From the human T2T-CHM13v2.0 reference genome, Homo sapiens: a stretch of 64,000 nucleotides of DNA. The notes beneath the pieces are model-generated. The model had not been told where the DNA came from and made no database searches. It saw only the letters and a list, made by a program, of their open reading frames with translations. This document shows, in pieces, positions 1-64,000 of the stretch (position 1 is the first letter of the stretch; the number at the start of each line of letters is the position of its first letter). The stretch lies in the NCBI RefSeq assembly GCF_009914755.1, contig NC_060938.1, one strand, 5' to 3'. The position numbers and the translations under genes were made by a program.

Positions 1-3000
1 AAAGATCTCAAATTGACATTTTAACATCACAATTAAAAGAGCTAGAGAAGCAAGAGCAAACTAATCCAAAAACTAGCAGAAGACAAGAAATAACATCAGA
101 GAAGAATTGAAGGAGATAGAGACACGAAAAGCCCTACAAAAAAATCAATGAATCAAGGAGCTAGTTTTTTGAAAAAATTAATAAAATGGATAGACCACTA
201 GCTAGACTAATAAAGAAGAGGGAAGAATCAAATAGACACAATAAAAAATGATAAAGGGGTATCACCACTGACCCCACAGAAATACAAACTACCATCACAG
301 AATACTATAAACATTTCTATGCACATAAACTAGAAAATCTAGCAGAAACGGATAAATTTCTGGACACGTATACCCTCCCAAGACTAAACTAGGAGGAAGT
401 CGAATCCCTGAACAGACCAATAACAAGTTCTGAACTTGAGGCAGCAATTAATAGCCTACCAACAAAAAAGCCCAGGACAAGATGGATTCACAGCCAATTC
501 TACCAGAGGTATAAAGAGGAACTGGTATCATTCCTTCTGAAACTATTCCAAACAATTGAAAAGGAGAGACTCCTCCCTAACTCACTGTACAACACAACAT
601 CCTGATACCAAAAACTGGGAAGAGTCATAACAAAAAAAAGAAAACTTCAGGCCAATATCCCTGATGAACATCAACATGAAAATCCTCAATAAAATACTGG
701 CAAACCGAATCCAGCAGCACATCAAAAAATTCATCCACCACGATCAAGTTGGCTTCATCCCTGGGATGCGAGGCTGGTTCAACCTATGCAAATCAATAAA
801 CACAATCCATCACATAAACAGAACCAAAGACAAAAACCACATGATAATAGAGGCAGAAAAGGACTTTGATAAAATTCAACATCTCTTTATGTTAAAAACT
901 GTCAATAAACTAGGTATTGATGGAACATATCTCAAAATAAGAAGAGCTATTTATGACAAACCCACAGCCAATATCATATTGAATGGGAAAAAACTGGAAG
1001 CATTCCCTTTGAAAACCAGCACCAAGGCAAGGATACCCTCTCTCAACACTCCCATTCAACATAGTATCAGAAGTTCTGGCCAGGGCAATCAGGCAAGAGA
1101 AAGAAATAAAGGGTATTCAGATAGGAAGAGAGAAAGTCTAATTGTCTCTGTTTGCAGATAACATGATTCTAAATTTAGAAAACCCCATCATCTCAGTCCA
1201 AAAACTCCTTAAGCTGATAAGCAACTTCAGCAAAGTCTCGGGATACAAAATAAATGTGGGAAAATCACAAGCATTCCTTTACACCAACAATAGACAAGCA
1301 GAGAGCCAAATCATGAATGAACTCTCATTCACAATTGCTACACAGAGAATAAAATACCTACGAATACAGCTAACAAGGGATGTGAAGGACCTCTTCAAGG
1401 ACAACTACAAACCACTGCTCAAGGAAGTAACAGAGGACACAAACAAATGGAAAAACATTCCATCCTCATGGATAGGAAGAATCAATATCATGAAGATGGC
1501 CACACTGCCCAAAGTAATTTATAGATTCAATGCTATCCCCATCAAACTACCCTTGACATTTTTCACAGAATTAGAAAAAACTACTTTAAATTTCATATGA
1601 AATCAAAGAAGACCCCATATAGCCAAGAAAATCCTAAGCAAAAAGAACAAAGCTGGAAGCATCATGTTAGCTGATGTCAAACTATACTATAAGACTACAG
1701 TAACCAAACCAGCATGGTACTGGTACCAAAACAGACATATAGATCAATGGAACAGAACAGAGACTTCAGAAATAACACCACACATCTACAACCATCTGCT
1801 CTTCGACAAACCTGACAAAAACAAGCAGTGGGAAAAGGATCTCCTATTCAATAAATGGTGCTGGGAAAACTGGCTAGCCATATGCAGAAAACTGAAACTG
1901 GACCCCTTCCCTACACCTTATAGAAAAATTAACTCAAGATGAATAAAAGACTTAAATGTAAAACCCAAACTATAAAAACCCTAGAAGAAAATCTAGGCAA
2001 TACCACCAAGGACATAGGCATGGGCAAAGACTTCATGATGAAAATGCCAAAAGCAATTGCAAAACAGCCAAAATTGACAAACGGGATCTAATTAAACTAA
2101 AGAGCTTCTGCACAGCAAAAGAAACTATCATCACATTGAACAGGCAACCTACAGAATGAGAAAACATTTTTGCAGTCTATCCATCTGACAAAGGTCTAAT
2201 ATACAGAATTTACAAAGTACTTAAATGTACAAGAAAAAAACAACTCCATCGAAAAGTGGGCAAAGAATATGAACAGACACTACTCAAATAGAAGACATTT
2301 ACCTACCCAACAAACATGAAAAAAAGCTCAACATCACTAATCATTAGAGAAATGCAAATCAAAACCACAATGAGATACCATCTCATGCCAGTCAGAATGG
2401 CAATTATTAAAAAGTCAAGAAAGAACAGATGCAGGTGAGGCTGTAGAGAAATAGAAGTGCTTTTACACTGTTGGTGGGAATGTAAATTAGTTCAACCATT
2501 GTGGAAGACAGTGTGGTGATTCCTCAAGGATCTAGAACCAGAAATACCATTTGACCCAGCAATCCCATTACTGGGTATACACCCAAAGGAATATAAATCA
2601 TTCTGCTATAAAGACACATGCACACGTAAGTTTACTGCAGCACCATTTACAATAGCAAAGTTATGGAACCAACCCAAATATCCATCAACCATAGACTGGA
2701 TAAAGAAAACATGATACATATACACCATGGAATACTACGCAGCCATAAAAAAGAATGAGATCATTTCCTTTGCAGGGACATGGATGAAGCTGGAAGCCAT
2801 CATGCTCAGCAAACTAACACAGGAAGAGGAAATCAAACACTGCATGTTCTCACTCATAAGTGGGAGCTGAACAATGAGAACACAAGGACACAGGGAGGGG
2901 AACAACACATACCAGGGCCTGTTGGGGGGTGGGGGGCGAGGGGAGGGAACTTAAAAGAATGGGTCAATAGGTGCAGCAAACCACCATGGCACACGTATAC

Positions 3001-3068
3001 CTATGTAACAAACCTGCACCTTCTGCACATGTATCCTGGAACTTAAAGTAAAATAAAATTTTTAAAAA
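1..3068 (+). mobile_element. LINE-1 (older L1PA) ORF2 RT/C-terminal region and 3' UTR, disrupted; continues beyond the window start
   Basis: ORF fragments [31 protein letters not shown] (F/YADD motif mutated), [14 protein letters not shown]; frameshifts; G-rich 3' UTR and A-rich tail. Confidence 0.97.
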
Positions 3069-3089
3069 GGTGTAACTGCTCATGGATTT

Positions 3090-4083
3090 GAAGGGTCCAT
3101 ATTAGTCAGATATCAGTTCTCTCCAGATTTATCTATAATTTAAATGCAATCACAATGAAAATTCCATCAGGCTCTTTGCAGAAATAGAGAAAATAATTTT
3201 CAAAACTTTTTTTTTTTAAAAAAAAAACATGTATCTGGAAGATGTAAAGAGCTCTTAAAACTCAATGGAAAAAACAGAATTTTTTAGATGAGCAAAATAT
3301 TTGAATAGATATTACATAAAACAAAGTACATAAATGTCCATTAAGTCCATGACATCTGCTCAATAGCTTTAGTCATCAGAGAAATGTACATACTATACAC
3401 CCACAATTAAGGGTTAAAATTAAAAAGAATGACAACATGAAGCACTGACAAGAATGCAGAGTAACTGGAACTTTTAAACATTGTTGATAGAAGTGTAAAA
3501 CCATACAATCATTTTGGAAAACAGTTTGGTAGTTTCTTATAAAGTTAAACATACAATTAACATAAGACCCAGGAATTTCACTCCTCAGTATTCATCCAGA
3601 AGAAATAAAAATATATTTGACACAAAGATTGTAAATGTAGACAGTTTTAATTGTAGTATCAGAAACTGGTGGGGAGGAAACAAATTGTGGTATATTCATA
3701 CAATGGAAAACTCTTCAGAAATAAGAAGGAACAAACCACTGAATCACACAACATGGACAAATCTCAAATCATTATGCTGATGGAAAGAAACCATTCATAA
3801 GAATACACAGTACATGACGCCGCTTTCATGATGTTCTGGAACAAAGAAAACTAACCTATAGTGATAGAATTCCTATCAATGGCTGCCAACAATCGGGAGT
3901 GAAAGGAACTGACTGAGCAGGTATACAAGAGAACCTTCTGGGGTGATGGAAATATTCTGAAGCTTGACTGGAGTGTTGGTTACATGGGTATATCAATTTA
4001 TCAAAACTCACTGAATTGTATATTTAAAGTAGGAACATTTTATTGTAAATAAATTACACCTCTATAATGTTCGTTTTAAAAAA
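3090..4083 (+). mobile_element. Ancient L1M (L1ME/MC-type) 3' fragment overlapping the GALC 3' UTR end
   Basis: Diverged L1 3' motifs (ttggaaaacagtttggtagtttctt; ggggtgatggaaatattc; aaattacacctc). Confidence 0.8.
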
Positions 4084-5346
4084 TATTAGATACATCAGCT
4101 GGAAATCACTTGGTTTTAACAAAAAATTTTCTCTGTAATCTTATTTATTCTAGCACTTATCTTCTTGTCTTCAAAAGCAATGCAAAACTTCACTGTAGCT
4201 AAGCCTATGTTAGACTCTTACAAATTCCTAAATAGTAGAATTAGTTCAATGAGTAATTCTTATAAATAATTCTAGATTTACTTTACCTACATGAATAACT
4301 GATTTGCTACATAGAGCCACATTAATGCTTAGTATAAATCATACAACATGATGAACATGCTCACGTATATTTAAATATAAACATATTTGGACTTTAAAAA
4401 GTAAGTACATCTTAGGAGATGATCCAATTCTGGGAGTTAGCAAATGTCTAAGTGCTCCCCTCCTTCCACACATAAGGAGAGAAAAGCATTCATCAGCTGT
4501 GTGAGTCTGTTACCAGTGCACATGTGAGGACAGACCACAGCACAGTGAGATGAGGCTGAGGAAACGACTACAACAGCATTGGCTATATCAGGTTTTCTTC
4601 CTTCTTCCAGCCACCTGGAAAAATGTTCACAGAGAGTTATAGTGGTTACAAGACCAAAACTTGGAATCAAAAAAATTAAATAATGCAAATAACCCAATTA
4701 ATCTGCTAATATCTATTACCACAGAAATAGTGTTAGAGGTAGTTTATTAAAGAGGCATTTTTAAAATCATCCCACTCATCATATCCTGCATTTCAAAAGT
4801 ATCATCTTAAAAAGGAAAATAAAAAAATACTTTTTAGAGCATAAAGCATAACAGGTTGAAGTGGTTTTCAAAAAGCTACTTCTAGTGTTCTTCAGCTTTC
4901 TATTATGGCAGCATCATCTTGTGATGAAGACACTGGCTCACTTGGACACACGGTCAGCATGCATAAATACATCTCAGTGATGATCAAGTTACTGCCATCT
5001 ACAGGACCGCTTGCAAATAAGATGAAGAGAGCTACCTCAGTGTTAGCAGCAAGGCTTCGAGGTCTGTACTACTCAAACCACTCCTAAGGGTATGGCCAAT
5101 GCACAGTTTGAATGTTAGGGAACACACCAGGTAATGTTAAAGATTCACCAGTTTTCCCCTTGGAATTAATTCTAATAAAATCTTCCACAGGGTAAATTAA
5201 AAATAAATTTCTCTCCCCTTTTACTCTTCATTATTTTTAGTCTCAAAAGCCTCATATACTGTTCCAATGAAACAAGAATTGGCTCTGAACCAAAACCAAA
5301 AAGAAGGGAAGAAAATCCAGAGTATTCTATGATGCCCTGTTAAGTA
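3630..5346 (-). other. GALC: GALC 3' UTR (~1.7 kb)
   Basis: Follows the stop codon. Minus-strand poly(A) hexamers: AATAAA at 4743-4748, 4144-4149 and 4039-4044, ATTAAA at 3646-3651. The end near 3630 relies on my recollection of the mRNA 3' end. Confidence 0.75.
3646..3651 (-). terminator. Distal polyadenylation signal ATTAAA
   Basis: Plus-strand tttaat; on the minus strand followed by a CA cleavage context and a T/GT-rich tract (tctttgtgt). Confidence 0.65.

Positions 5347-64000
<58,654 letters not shown>

Noticed and set aside
664-1942. Reverse-transcriptase-like ORFs
   Set aside because: Frameshifted L1 ORF2 pieces with the catalytic ADD changed to ADN; a dead LINE-1, not a novel RT system

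Overview
Human (or very close hominid) genomic DNA containing the complete GALC gene (galactosylceramidase, the Krabbe disease gene) on the minus strand. I mapped all 17 coding exons by hand, with GT-AG boundaries. They sum to 2058 nt (685 aa + stop), from ATG 63796 to TAA 5347. A CpG-island promoter lies at the right end and a ~1.7 kb 3' UTR ends inside an old antisense L1. Intron 10 carries a 3.4 kb processed SHLD2 (FAM35A) pseudogene antisense to GALC, nested and inverted L1s, an ERV1/MER34-like relic and a 36-nt U2 snRNA retrofragment. The rest is Alu, MIR, L2, MER and L1 sequence. The haplotype carries p.Ile562Thr and p.Thr641Ala. I see no new multi-gene system. The best leads are regulatory: a strong-context uORF overlapping the first GALC ATG, an ATG-TGA start-stop inside a CLEAR/M-box, a signal-peptide-less alternative first exon, intronic polyadenylation after exon 10, and the antisense SHLD2 copy. 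Repeat boundaries and subfamily names are by eye and approximate.
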